From Halanaerobiales bacterium (GTDB lineage: Bacteria > Bacillota > Halanaerobiia > Halanaerobiales > M55B127), in the NCBI GenBank assembly GCA_018399995.1, contig JAGYMU010000003.1, positions 2,873 to 66,872 of the forward strand: DNA of 64,000 nucleotides, given 5' to 3'. Position numbers and translations under genes: made by a program. Below the pieces are notes generated by a model. That model was not told where the DNA came from. It saw only the letters and a list, made by a program, of their open reading frames with translations, and did not search any database. This document shows, piece by piece, positions 8,005 to 16,817 of the stretch (position 1 is its first letter; every line of letters starts with the position of its first letter).

Positions 8005-10254
8005 ATGCAGAATATTATTATTCGTGATATTAACGAGCATATTGGTCCTGGCGATATTGTTGGTGCTTTTATAAATGAAGTTAATATAAGCAGTAATGAT
8101 ATAGGCAATATTAGTATCAAAGATAATATTGCAGAAGTCGAGGTTAAAAAAGATGTATGTCAAAAAGTTGTAAATGTAATGGATAACAACAAAATTGGTG
8201 GAGTAAAAGTTACTATAACGATAGATGATGATGCTGATAGGCGGAAAAAAATAGAGAAATACTATCAGAAGTTTACCAATTTAGTAGAATTAGAAAGACA
8301 GGAAGAGATGGAGAGGCATGAGATAGAAATTAAAAGATTATCTCCCCGAGAAAGAGAAAAAAAAGGCAGGGCTCTTTTAAATTTAAGAGCGAAAGATGAT
8401 GGCAAAACCTATGACCATAAACACAAAATTAAATTTATGAAAAAAGAAGTCGGTGATAAATTACCAGATACAGAGATCAGTATCGGGGATTTAGTAATGA
8501 TTAGTAAAGACGACCCTTTAAATAGTAATAATCCCACCGGTACTGTGGCAGAAAAAACCAATTATTCGATAACAGTGGTTTTTGATAAAAGGCCTCAAAA
8601 TTTTGTTTATGGTGACTCTCTAAGGGTTGATTTATATGTGAATGATATTACATTTCAACGTATGCTCGAGGCATTAAAAAAGTTTAAAAATGCTGATAAA
8701 GACAAAAGAGTAGGAGAGCTTCAGCAGAAAATGCTCGGTTTAGAAGATGTAAATTGGCGAAAAAATGCGAGTGATAATATTGAATGGATTAATGGAGAGT
8801 TAAACTCTTCTCAGAAAAATGCAGTTAGAAATGCTCTAAAAGCAGAGGACTTTTATTTAATACAGGGTCCACCTGGTACTGGCAAAACCATGACTGCAAT
8901 AGAGATTATCAATCAAGGTGTGCGACAAGATAAAGAGATTTTAGCGACTGCTGATTCAAATGTAGCGGTTGATAATCTTGTAGAACGGCTGGTCAATATG
9001 GGAACAGAGGTCTTAAGATTTGGCCACCCTATAAGAGTTACACCACTTTTGAGGGAACACACCCTTGATTATAAAATTTTGGATCATCCTGATTACAAAA
9101 AAGCTGAAGAATTAAGAGAAAAAGCTTATGAACTTATAGATAAGCAGGATAAATATCAGCACCCTAATGATAGTTTGAGAAGAGGTATGAGCGATGATAT
9201 GATTATTGAGAGAGCTGCGCAGAACAAAGGAGCCAGGGGAGTTAAACCTGCCGAGATCGAAAGCATGGCAGAATGGATTAATTTACAACAAGAAATAGAT
9301 GGGTTATTTAAAGAAGTTGATCAGCTTGAAAATAAGGCTATAAAAGATCTCTTAGATAAGGCAGAAGTGGTCTGTACAACTAATTCAACTTCAGGTTCAG
9401 AGCTGTTTTATGATTATAAATTTGATCTAGTTGTTATTGACGAAGCAACTCAGGCTACTGAACCAGCATCTCTAATTTCATTTATAAAAGGAGATAGAGT
9501 AGTTTTAATCGGTGATCACAAACAGCTTCCTCCTACTATTTTAAATAAAAAAGCAGCAGAAAAAGGTCTGAATAAGTCCATGTTTGAGAGATTATATGAA
9601 ATATATGGAGATAAGATCAGAACAATGTTAGAGATACAGTATAGAATGCATGATGATATCATGAATTTCTCTAATCAGGAATTCTATAATGGCAAACTAA
9701 AAAGCTCAACCGATGTTGCAGAACATACGTTATGGGATCTAGGTTTTAAGACGAAGGGAAAAAAATGTTTTACTGATAAATCTTTAAACCCAGATTATCC
9801 CATTGTTTTCATTGATACAAAAGAAATGACGGCTGAAGAAAGGTCTCTAAAAGGTTCTAACTCTTATGATAATCCGGTGGAGATGGAAGTGCTTTTAGAT
9901 ATAGTAGATGAAGCTTTAAAATCGAAATTAAAGGCTGAAGACATAGCGGTTATAGCACCTTATAAAGACCAGGTAGACTTATTGAAAAAACACAATAATG
10001 TAGAAAATATAGAAATAAATACTGTAGATGGATTTCAGGGTAGAGAAAAAGAACTAATACTGGTTTCTCTGGTACGCAGTAATAGCAGTAATAATATTGG
10101 GTTTTTAAGGGATCTCAGAAGGATAAATGTAACTTTAACCAGAGCGAAGCGCAAATTAATAATAATTGGAGATAGCAGTACTGTGAACACACACCAAACC
10201 TATGAAAATTTGATTAGTTATATCAAAGAAAATGGCCTATATTATCAACTTTAA
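8005..10254 (+). CDS. Upf1/IGHMBP2-like superfamily-1 helicase with N-terminal DbpA/YxiN-type RNA-binding domain
   Basis: SF1 motifs: GPPGTGKT (Walker A), VIDEATQ (motif II), IGDHKQLPP, YRMH, VDGFQGREK, NVTLTRAK. The first ~75 aa (IGPGDIVGAFINEVNISSNDIGNISIKDNIAEVEV...KIGGVKVTITI) resemble the C-terminal RBD of DbpA/YxiN. Confidence 0.85.
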   Translation: MQNIIIRDINEHIGPGDIVGAFINEVNISSNDIGNISIKDNIAEVEVKKDVCQKVVNVMDNNKIGGVKVTITIDDDADRRKKIEKYYQKFTNLVELERQEEMERHEIEIKRLSPREREKKGRALLNLRAKDDGKTYDHKHKIKFMKKEVGDKLPDTEISIGDLVMISKDDPLNSNNPTGTVAEKTNYSITVVFDKRPQNFVYGDSLRVDLYVNDITFQRMLEALKKFKNADKDKRVGELQQKMLGLEDVNWRKNASDNIEWINGELNSSQKNAVRNALKAEDFYLIQGPPGTGKTMTAIEIINQGVRQDKEILATADSNVAVDNLVERLVNMGTEVLRFGHPIRVTPLLREHTLDYKILDHPDYKKAEELREKAYELIDKQDKYQHPNDSLRRGMSDDMIIERAAQNKGARGVKPAEIESMAEWINLQQEIDGLFKEVDQLENKAIKDLLDKAEVVCTTNSTSGSELFYDYKFDLVVIDEATQATEPASLISFIKGDRVVLIGDHKQLPPTILNKKAAEKGLNKSMFERLYEIYGDKIRTMLEIQYRMHDDIMNFSNQEFYNGKLKSSTDVAEHTLWDLGFKTKGKKCFTDKSLNPDYPIVFIDTKEMTAEERSLKGSNSYDNPVEMEVLLDIVDEALKSKLKAEDIAVIAPYKDQVDLLKKHNNVENIEINTVDGFQGREKELILVSLVRSNSSNNIGFLRDLRRINVTLTRAKRKLIIIGDSSTVNTHQTYENLISYIKENGLYYQL

Positions 10255-10318
10255 GTATTGTAATCCAGACGGTTTCAAGTTATAATAGTACTGATAAAGA
10301 AACAGCACAAATGAAATG

Positions 10319-10350
10319 ACAGATGAGAATAAGCCGCTCATCTGTTTTAT
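10319..10350 (+). terminator. Rho-independent terminator after the helicase gene
   Basis: ACAGATGAG-aataagccg-CTCATCTGT followed by TTTTAT. Confidence 0.6.
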
Positions 10351-10367
10351 ATTAATTCTTTCTGGAG

Positions 10368-10652
10368 GTGCGGTTATTGGAAAATAAAAAGGAAATTAAA
10401 GTCAAGATTTCTAAAGACCTGTTAAAAGATGTGAATGATTATATTAAATACCGGAGAGTCACTCGGGATAAGTTTATTAATGACGCACTTTCCCATTTTT
10501 TATGTGAACACAAAAGAATAGAATTGAGAGAGAAGTTGAAAAAGGGATATATAGAAATGAGCGATATAAATTTAGAATTGGCACACGAGGGATTAAAGTG
10601 TGATAGTTATTCAATTCAAATTTATGAAAAATGTTTAGTGGAGTGTGAATAG
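10368..10652 (+). CDS. mazE: RHH/CopG-like antitoxin (EndoAI/MazE-like)
   Basis: Small basic protein 2 nt upstream of mazF, as in the ndoAI-ndoA arrangement. A TTG at 10377 after a GGAGGTG RBS may be the true start. Confidence 0.65.
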   Translation: MRLLENKKEIKVKISKDLLKDVNDYIKYRRVTRDKFINDALSHFLCEHKRIELREKLKKGYIEMSDINLELAHEGLKCDSYSIQIYEKCLVECE

Positions 10653-10654
10653 AT

Positions 10655-11005
10655 ATGGATTTAAAAAGAGGGGATGTATATTATGCTGACCTCAACCCTG
10701 TGGTGGGTTCAGAACAGGGTGGGGTCAGACCTGTTTTGATTATTCAAAATGATATTGGAAATAGGTATAGTCCTACAATAATAGTAGCTGCAATTACTTC
10801 TAGAATTAATAAAGCACAGCTGCCGACTCATGTAGAGATCTCAGCCGGTGATTCAAGTTTAGAAAGAGACTCCGTTATTTTATTGGAACAGATTAGAACG
10901 ATAGATAAGAAGAGGTTAAAAAGTGAAGTTGCTCAATTAGATGATGATATTCTAAAAAGAGTAGATTCTGCTATAGAAATAAGTCTTGGTCTGGTTAAAC
11001 TTTAA
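10655..11005 (+). CDS. mazF: MazF/EndoA (PemK family) mRNA interferase toxin
   Basis: [46 protein letters not shown] closely resembles Bacillus EndoA (NdoA/YdcE). Confidence 0.93.
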   Translation: MDLKRGDVYYADLNPVVGSEQGGVRPVLIIQNDIGNRYSPTIIVAAITSRINKAQLPTHVEISAGDSSLERDSVILLEQIRTIDKKRLKSEVAQLDDDILKRVDSAIEISLGLVKL

Positions 11006-11040
11006 TACATAACTTTTAGTTGATAATGGGGAGTGTTGAA

Positions 11041-12048
11041 ATGTCTGAATATATTGCAGATGTTTACCGTAATAAACTTATTGAAAGTAGGCATAGAGGA
11101 GATGCTGCTGTAGTTGAGCCTGATGGGCAAATTAGTTATTACTGTGGTAATCCAGAATATAATACATATTTAAGATCAGCCGCTAAACCGTTTCAGATCT
11201 TGCCAGTCATTAATTCTGGAGCAGCTGATTTTTTTAACTTTTCAAGTCAAGAAATAGCCGTGATGTGTTCTTCCCATAATGGTGAAGAAAAGCATATAAA
11301 AGTTGTCAAAAGTATACTAAAAAAAATAGAAGTAGAGGAGGATGAACTTAATTGTGGAGTACATGATCCTATTTTTAAAAAGGCAGCCCACAAATTATAT
11401 TTAGATGGTAAGAAGGCAACCGAGATTCATAATAATTGTTCGGGAAAACATGCTGCATTACTTTCCTTGTGTAAATATATGGATTGGGACATAAAAGATT
11501 ATATAACTCCCACACACCCTGTCCAGAAATTAATGGTAAAGACAGTAAGTGAAGTTACCTCTGTTAAAAAAGAGGATATATATCTGGGAGAAGATGGCTG
11601 TGGAGTTGTAGTCTTTGGTCTGCCTATAAAAAATATGGCCCTCGGCTTTGCCAGACTGGCCAACCCTGATTATTTACCACACCAATATAGAGAAGCTGCC
11701 CAAAGAATTACAAAAAGTATGAGTGATCACCCATATATGGTTGCTGGTAGTGAGAGATTTAACACCGACTTAATTGAGGTTATGGGGAATAAGTTAACTG
11801 GTAAAATGGGGGCTGAAGGGGTTTTCTGTTTGGGGTTATTCGATGGATCAGGTGTTTGTGTAAAGATAGAAGACGGCAACTACAGGGCTTTAGCGCCTGT
11901 AGTAATAGATATATTAAAAAATATAGGAGCAATTTCTTCAGATGAATTGGAAAGATTAAAAAAATACGATAAACCTATCTTAAAAAATCATCACGACCAT
12001 CGTGTTGGTTATATCGAATCAGTATTACAACTAAAAAAAAGGAGTTGA
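11041..12048 (+). CDS. Asparaginase_II-family protein (Rhizobium-etli-type L-asparaginase homologue)
   Basis: RSAAKPFQ and CSGKHAA motifs plus overall length fit that family as I recall it. ATG 11041 follows a GGGGAG RBS. Confidence 0.55.
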   Translation: MSEYIADVYRNKLIESRHRGDAAVVEPDGQISYYCGNPEYNTYLRSAAKPFQILPVINSGAADFFNFSSQEIAVMCSSHNGEEKHIKVVKSILKKIEVEEDELNCGVHDPIFKKAAHKLYLDGKKATEIHNNCSGKHAALLSLCKYMDWDIKDYITPTHPVQKLMVKTVSEVTSVKKEDIYLGEDGCGVVVFGLPIKNMALGFARLANPDYLPHQYREAAQRITKSMSDHPYMVAGSERFNTDLIEVMGNKLTGKMGAEGVFCLGLFDGSGVCVKIEDGNYRALAPVVIDILKNIGAISSDELERLKKYDKPILKNHHDHRVGYIESVLQLKKRS

Positions 12049-12054
12049 ATAATT

Positions 12055-13215
12055 ATGATTTTAATCAAAGACGCTCAGATCATGACAATGGCCGGTACAA
12101 ATTTTAAAAAAGGCTCTATATTAATTAAAAATGGTAAAATAGATAAAATTGCTGAAAAGATTGAAGTAAAAGATGAATATGAAGTTATAAAAGCAAAAGA
12201 CTTAACTGTAATGCCAGGAATAATTGATGCCCATACTCATCTGGGAATCGGAGAAGGAGGAGTGGGCTGGGAAGGTCATGATTACAATGAAATGACCGAT
12301 CCTATCACACCACATCTTAGGGCTATAGATGCTGTCAATCCAGCTGATGTAGATATCAGCGAAGCTTTAGAAAATGGGATAACAACTATTATGACTGGAC
12401 CAGGTAGTGCAAATGTTGTGGGTGGCGAAAATATGGTTATTAAGACTAGCGGGCAGACCATTGATGATATGATTGTTAAAAATCCAGCTGGTATTAAAGC
12501 TGCCTTAGGAGAAAACCCGAAGAGGGTATATAAAGAGAAAAACAAGATTCCTACGACCAGGATGGGTATAGCTGCAGTACTTAGAGAAAATTTAATTAAA
12601 GCTGAGGATTATTTAGAAGAAAAAGAGTCAAACAAAAGTGAAAATAAACCCTTCCAAAGGGATATAAAGATGGAAAGTTTAATTCGAGTTATTAATAAAG
12701 AGATACCTTTAAAAGTTCATGCTCATCGAGCTGATGATATAATGACAGCTATTAGAATTGCCAAAGAATTTGATATTGATATAACTTTAGAACATTGTAC
12801 TGAGGGTCATAAGGTTGCCAAAAAAATTGCTGAGGCAGGTATTCCAGCTATTGTAGGACCATCTATGACAGGCCGGGTAAAGGTTGAATTGAGTGAATTA
12901 AGTTTTAAAACTGCAGGGATCCTAGCCGAAGCTGGTGTAAAGATAGCATTAATGAGTGATCATCCTGTTATTCCTGTTAAAAATGCCCTGGTTTATGCTG
13001 CTTTAGCGGTTAAAGCTGGACTTTCAGAACAAGAAGCATTGAAAGCAATCACTATCAATCCAGCTGAAATTCTGGGTGTGAATGATCGGGTGGGCAGCTT
13101 AGAAGAAGGCAAAGATGCTGATATAATAATTTTAAAGGGCAATCCATTAAATATCAGTTCTCAAATAGTAAAAGTTTTGATAGATGGCAAAGTAGTAAAG
13201 AAAAAGTCTAATTAA
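12055..13215 (+). CDS. Metal-dependent amidohydrolase (amidohydro_1 superfamily)
   Basis: GIIDAHTHLG metal-binding HxH, a later HAH, and C-terminal GSLEEGKDADIIIL. Confidence 0.8.
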   Translation: MILIKDAQIMTMAGTNFKKGSILIKNGKIDKIAEKIEVKDEYEVIKAKDLTVMPGIIDAHTHLGIGEGGVGWEGHDYNEMTDPITPHLRAIDAVNPADVDISEALENGITTIMTGPGSANVVGGENMVIKTSGQTIDDMIVKNPAGIKAALGENPKRVYKEKNKIPTTRMGIAAVLRENLIKAEDYLEEKESNKSENKPFQRDIKMESLIRVINKEIPLKVHAHRADDIMTAIRIAKEFDIDITLEHCTEGHKVAKKIAEAGIPAIVGPSMTGRVKVELSELSFKTAGILAEAGVKIALMSDHPVIPVKNALVYAALAVKAGLSEQEALKAITINPAEILGVNDRVGSLEEGKDADIIILKGNPLNISSQIVKVLIDGKVVKKKSN

Positions 13216-13314
13216 AAAAAACAACTTAAAAGACATATTCCAATTTTGAAAAACAAAACAATGATAAAATTGTATGGAAAAAGAGTATAAATTGAGTTAA
13301 GTGGAGGATAAATA

Positions 13315-13749
13315 TTGCAAGAGAAAAAGGTTATTGAAAGTGAAATCGAAAAAGGATATTTTGCAATTGGAGGCGAATTTTCCAGTCGGTTAAAGAAGAT
13401 TCTAAGAAGATTAGGTGTTGATAGTCAAAAGATAAGATATTTAGCAATTATAGCATATGAACTGGAAATGAATTTGATCATCCATTCTGACGGCGGCAGG
13501 ATATCAGCCCATATTAGTTCTAATGTGATTCAAATAATTTCAAAGGATAGCGGACCGGGTATAAAAGACATTAAAAAAGCATTTCAACCTGGTTATTCAA
13601 CCGCACCGGCTGAGATAAAAGAAATGGGTTTCGGAGCAGGATTGGGTTTAAATAATGTAGAGAAATTTGCGGATAATCTAAATATAAAAAGTGAAGCAGG
13701 TAAATATACAATTTTAAAGGCTGCTGTTAACCTTTCCACCCAAAGTTAA
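13315..13749 (+). CDS. GHKL (HATPase_c) anti-sigma-factor-like serine kinase/ATPase, stand-alone
   Basis: N-box-like YELEMNLIIH, G1 DSGPGI, G2 GFGAGLGL. No DHp/His phosphoacceptor domain. Same size class as SpoIIAB/RsbW. Confidence 0.75.
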   Translation: MQEKKVIESEIEKGYFAIGGEFSSRLKKILRRLGVDSQKIRYLAIIAYELEMNLIIHSDGGRISAHISSNVIQIISKDSGPGIKDIKKAFQPGYSTAPAEIKEMGFGAGLGLNNVEKFADNLNIKSEAGKYTILKAAVNLSTQS

Positions 13750-13814
13750 ATAAATACAGGGTGGGAATTTTTTTAGGATTTAATATTAAGAATCAATATA
13801 AAGCAGGTGTAATA

Positions 13815-15125
13815 ATGAGTGAAAAGCATTCTGTATTACTAAAAGAGGATAAATGTGAGGGTTGTACAAATTGTGTTAAGAACTGTCCGACCAAGGCGAT
13901 TAGAATTCATCAGGGGAAAGCCACTATTATAGAAGAGCTATGCATAGATTGTGCGGAATGTATCAGAACCTGTGAATACCATGCGAAATATGCAAAAACT
14001 AATGATCTGAACCAGCTTACAAATGATCAGTACAGAGTTGCTCTACTGGCACCCAGTTTTTATGGTCAATTTGCTGGTGATATCAAACCACAGCAAATCA
14101 AAAAAGCCGTCTATGAACTTGGTTTTAATGAGGTTTGGGATGTTGCATATGCAGCAGAGGCTACTTCTAAAAAAACATATCAATTTCTCAAAAATAATTC
14201 CGGCACTTATATATCGTCTTCCTGTCCGGTGGTGGTAAGACTAATCAGTTTGTTGTATCCGGAATTGATAGATAATATTGTACCTTTTAATTCACCGGTT
14301 GATTTGATGGCTGATTATGTTAAAAAAGGTCTTGAAAAAAAATCAATAGATAATTATTGCATTACATTTTTTACACCCTGTCCTGCTAAAGTAACGGCAG
14401 TAAAAAATCCTCTAGGCAGAAAAGATTCAAGTATAAATAAGACAATTGCTGTAGATAAAGTTTATCCTCAGATACTAAAGTTAATAAAAACAGACGGATT
14501 CTCAGAAAGGAGCGAGCTGCAGCAGAAATATCAACCATATCTGGGTATTTCTTGGGGGCAAAGCGGTGGTGAAAATGATATTTTGAATAGAGAGGGGATT
14601 ATCGATACGCTGTCTGTTTCGGGAATAAGAAATATCATAGATATTTTCAAAGAAATGAGCGTTGGCAACATACAAGGCCTAAGATACTTAGAATTAGTCG
14701 CCTGTCCTACTGGATGTGTTGGTGGTATATTTAATGTGACTAATCCTTATCAGGCTAAAGTTAATATAAAAAATAATCACAGAGATTATGAGAGGTTTGT
14801 TGATCAAAAAACAAATAATTATGATTTTAGATTAAAAAGCAAGATAGAAGAAGAAAATTATCAAAAATTGGATAAAGACTTCACAAAGGCTATGGAAAAA
14901 TTAGAGCTTTTAGAAAGAGAAATTGAAAGCCTACCTGGCCTTGACTGTGCAGCCTGTGGAGCACCAGACTGTGAAACATTTGCAGCAGATGTCATTAATG
15001 GGTTGGCCCAGCGATCTGACTGTATATTTGTACTAAGAGATGAGATTAAAAGATTAGCTGATAAGCTCTCTCTTTTAACACATGAAGAGCCACCGGTTAT
15101 CAATAATCAAAAATCCGGTGATTAA
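13815..15125 (+). CDS. Sensory-type [FeFe]-hydrogenase homologue (2x[4Fe-4S] ferredoxin domain + H-cluster domain + C-terminal Cx2Cx4Cx16C), no PAS
   Basis: CEGCTNCVKNCP and CIDCAECIRTC clusters. H-domain motif variants SSSCPVV (P1), TPCPAK (P2) and VACPTGCVGG (P3). C-terminal CAACGAPDC-x16-C. ATG 13815 follows an AGGTG RBS; the ORF is open from a GTG at 13761. Confidence 0.8.
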   Translation: MSEKHSVLLKEDKCEGCTNCVKNCPTKAIRIHQGKATIIEELCIDCAECIRTCEYHAKYAKTNDLNQLTNDQYRVALLAPSFYGQFAGDIKPQQIKKAVYELGFNEVWDVAYAAEATSKKTYQFLKNNSGTYISSSCPVVVRLISLLYPELIDNIVPFNSPVDLMADYVKKGLEKKSIDNYCITFFTPCPAKVTAVKNPLGRKDSSINKTIAVDKVYPQILKLIKTDGFSERSELQQKYQPYLGISWGQSGGENDILNREGIIDTLSVSGIRNIIDIFKEMSVGNIQGLRYLELVACPTGCVGGIFNVTNPYQAKVNIKNNHRDYERFVDQKTNNYDFRLKSKIEEENYQKLDKDFTKAMEKLELLEREIESLPGLDCAACGAPDCETFAADVINGLAQRSDCIFVLRDEIKRLADKLSLLTHEEPPVINNQKSGD

Positions 15126-15152
15126 CAGATAATAAAATGAGGTGATTAAACA

Positions 15153-15482
15153 GTGAAATTAGAAGAAATTATAAAAAAAACTGATATGGAAATATTGAAT
15201 ATTGCAGATTCAAACGGTCAAGTTAAGGGATGTTATATTGGTGATTTATTGAGTCGGGTAATGGCAGAAGCTCAAAAGGATGAAATATGGATTACTATAC
15301 AGGGTCATCAAAATATCATTGCTGTTTCTCTTTTAGCTGATTTATCTGCTGTTGTTGTAGTTGAAGAAGTTGAGATCGAAGAAGAGGCTATAAAAAAGGC
15401 TGTTCAGAAAGGAGTTACCCTTTTAAGAACTGATAAATCTGCCTATCAACTGGCCAAAGAACTGAGTAAATTAGGGGTTTAA
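15153..15482 (+). CDS. DRTGG-domain protein
   Basis: Small protein with a GDLLSRVM...IWITIQGHQNIIAVS pattern typical of DRTGG domains, as I recall them. GTG start follows a GAGGTGA RBS. Confidence 0.55.
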   Translation: MKLEEIIKKTDMEILNIADSNGQVKGCYIGDLLSRVMAEAQKDEIWITIQGHQNIIAVSLLADLSAVVVVEEVEIEEEAIKKAVQKGVTLLRTDKSAYQLAKELSKLGV

Positions 15483-15483
15483 A

Positions 15484-16224
15484 ATGAAAAAATACCTGGC
15501 TGATTTACATATTCATACGGTGTTATCACCCTGTTCTGATATATTAATGACTCCTGTTAATATTTTAAACAAGGCAGTCCAAAATAATATAGATATTATA
15601 TCGATAACAGATCATAATTCTGCTGCAAATGTAAAGAGCACGTTAAAAATTGCACAAAGATATGATATCATTATAGTTCCTGGAATTGAAGTTCAGAGTA
15701 GTGAGGATATACATTTGCTCAGTTATTTTGATAGTTATAGTAATTTAAAGTCTTATGCCGATATAATTTATAATGCACTACCTGATATAAAAAATGAGGA
15801 AGAGAAGTTGGGGCAGCAAATATTAGTTGATAAAGATGATAAACTTGTAGCAAAAGAAGATAAATTACTGGCTAATTCTACAAAATATACAATAAAAGAA
15901 CTAATAGATCTCACCTATCAAAACAGCGGGATACCGGTTCCAGCTCATATAGATAGAAGTTTTGGTTTGATTAAAATTTTAGGCTTTATACCTGACATTT
16001 TAGATATTTCTTTTGTTGAAGTCAACCGAAATATTGATCCTCAGAAATATTGTTTAAAATTCCCTTATTTAGAAAAATACAACTTTATAAAAAATTCAGA
16101 CAGTCACTTCTTGCATCAAATTAACCCAACTATGCAGATATTAATTGAAAAAGAACCCTCTGTTGATGGTATTTTTAGTTATATAAAAGAGAACAAAATG
16201 GAGGATTATTTAATAAAACCGTAG
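15484..16224 (+). CDS. PHP-domain metal-dependent phosphoesterase
   Basis: ADLHIHTVLSPCSD, ISITDHNS and PAHIDR metal-ligand motifs. The start is 1 nt after the stop of the DRTGG gene. Confidence 0.8.
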   Translation: MKKYLADLHIHTVLSPCSDILMTPVNILNKAVQNNIDIISITDHNSAANVKSTLKIAQRYDIIIVPGIEVQSSEDIHLLSYFDSYSNLKSYADIIYNALPDIKNEEEKLGQQILVDKDDKLVAKEDKLLANSTKYTIKELIDLTYQNSGIPVPAHIDRSFGLIKILGFIPDILDISFVEVNRNIDPQKYCLKFPYLEKYNFIKNSDSHFLHQINPTMQILIEKEPSVDGIFSYIKENKMEDYLIKP

Positions 16225-16240
16225 AAAATTTTTTTATTGT

Positions 16241-16269
16241 TGACAAAGTGAAAAAATTCACGTATAATG
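16241..16269 (+). promoter_or_regulatory. Consensus sigmaA promoter of the hydrogenase operon with an embedded Rex-like palindrome
   Basis: TTGACA (16241-16246), a 17-nt spacer, then TATAAT (16264-16269). The spacer contains the perfect inverted repeat GTGAA-AAAA-TTCAC (16249-16262), matching the core of the Rex operator TTGTGAA-N4-TTCACAA. Confidence 0.6.
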
Positions 16270-16328
16270 TATTTGTAATAATTTTCACATATGTTATAAA
16301 TAACTACTCACGCTAGGAGGTAATATAA

Positions 16329-16817
16329 ATGGTCTGTAATTGTACTTATGAAGAAAGCACAAAATATTTAGAACCACTGCAAGAAATATTAAAGAATTAT
16401 CAAACAATAGAAAAAAATCTTGTCCCCATTTTACAGGATGTACAAGATGAGTATGGATACCTGCCTCGGGATATTTTAAGTGAAATAGCCACTTATTTAG
16501 ATTTATCTTTAAGTCAGGTATTTGGGGTTGTTACATTTTATTCTCAATTTCATTTAAAACCCCGAGGTGAAAATATAATTAGAGTATGTACCGGTACTGC
16601 CTGTCATGTTAGAGGTGGTTCTGAAGTTTTAGAACAGATTCAAGAAGAACTTAATATTAAAAATGGACAAACAACAGACGATCTATCCTTTACCTTAGAG
16701 ACAGTTGCCTGTATCGGAGCCTGTGGTTTAGCCCCTGTAATAATGATCAATGATGAAACATATGGCAGAATGACTGCTGAAAAAGTTTTAGATGTATTAG
16801 GTGAATATATAGAATAA
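16329..16817 (+). CDS. hydC: NuoE-like [2Fe-2S] subunit of NAD(P)-linked [FeFe]-hydrogenase (HydC)
   Basis: CTGTACHVRG ... CIGACGLAPV four-Cys thioredoxin-like 2Fe-2S pattern of NuoE/HydC. Confidence 0.9.
   Translation: MVCNCTYEESTKYLEPLQEILKNYQTIEKNLVPILQDVQDEYGYLPRDILSEIATYLDLSLSQVFGVVTFYSQFHLKPRGENIIRVCTGTACHVRGGSEVLEQIQEELNIKNGQTTDDLSFTLETVACIGACGLAPVIMINDETYGRMTAEKVLDVLGEYIE

Noticed and set aside
8005-11005. SF1 helicase plus the adjacent MazEF as a possible anti-phage defence island.
   Set aside because: The MazF is the highly conserved EndoA/NdoA housekeeping-type toxin with its RHH antitoxin. A terminator separates it from the helicase. All flanking genes are core metabolism, and no nuclease, methylase, Sir2/TIR or other defence-associated domains are present.
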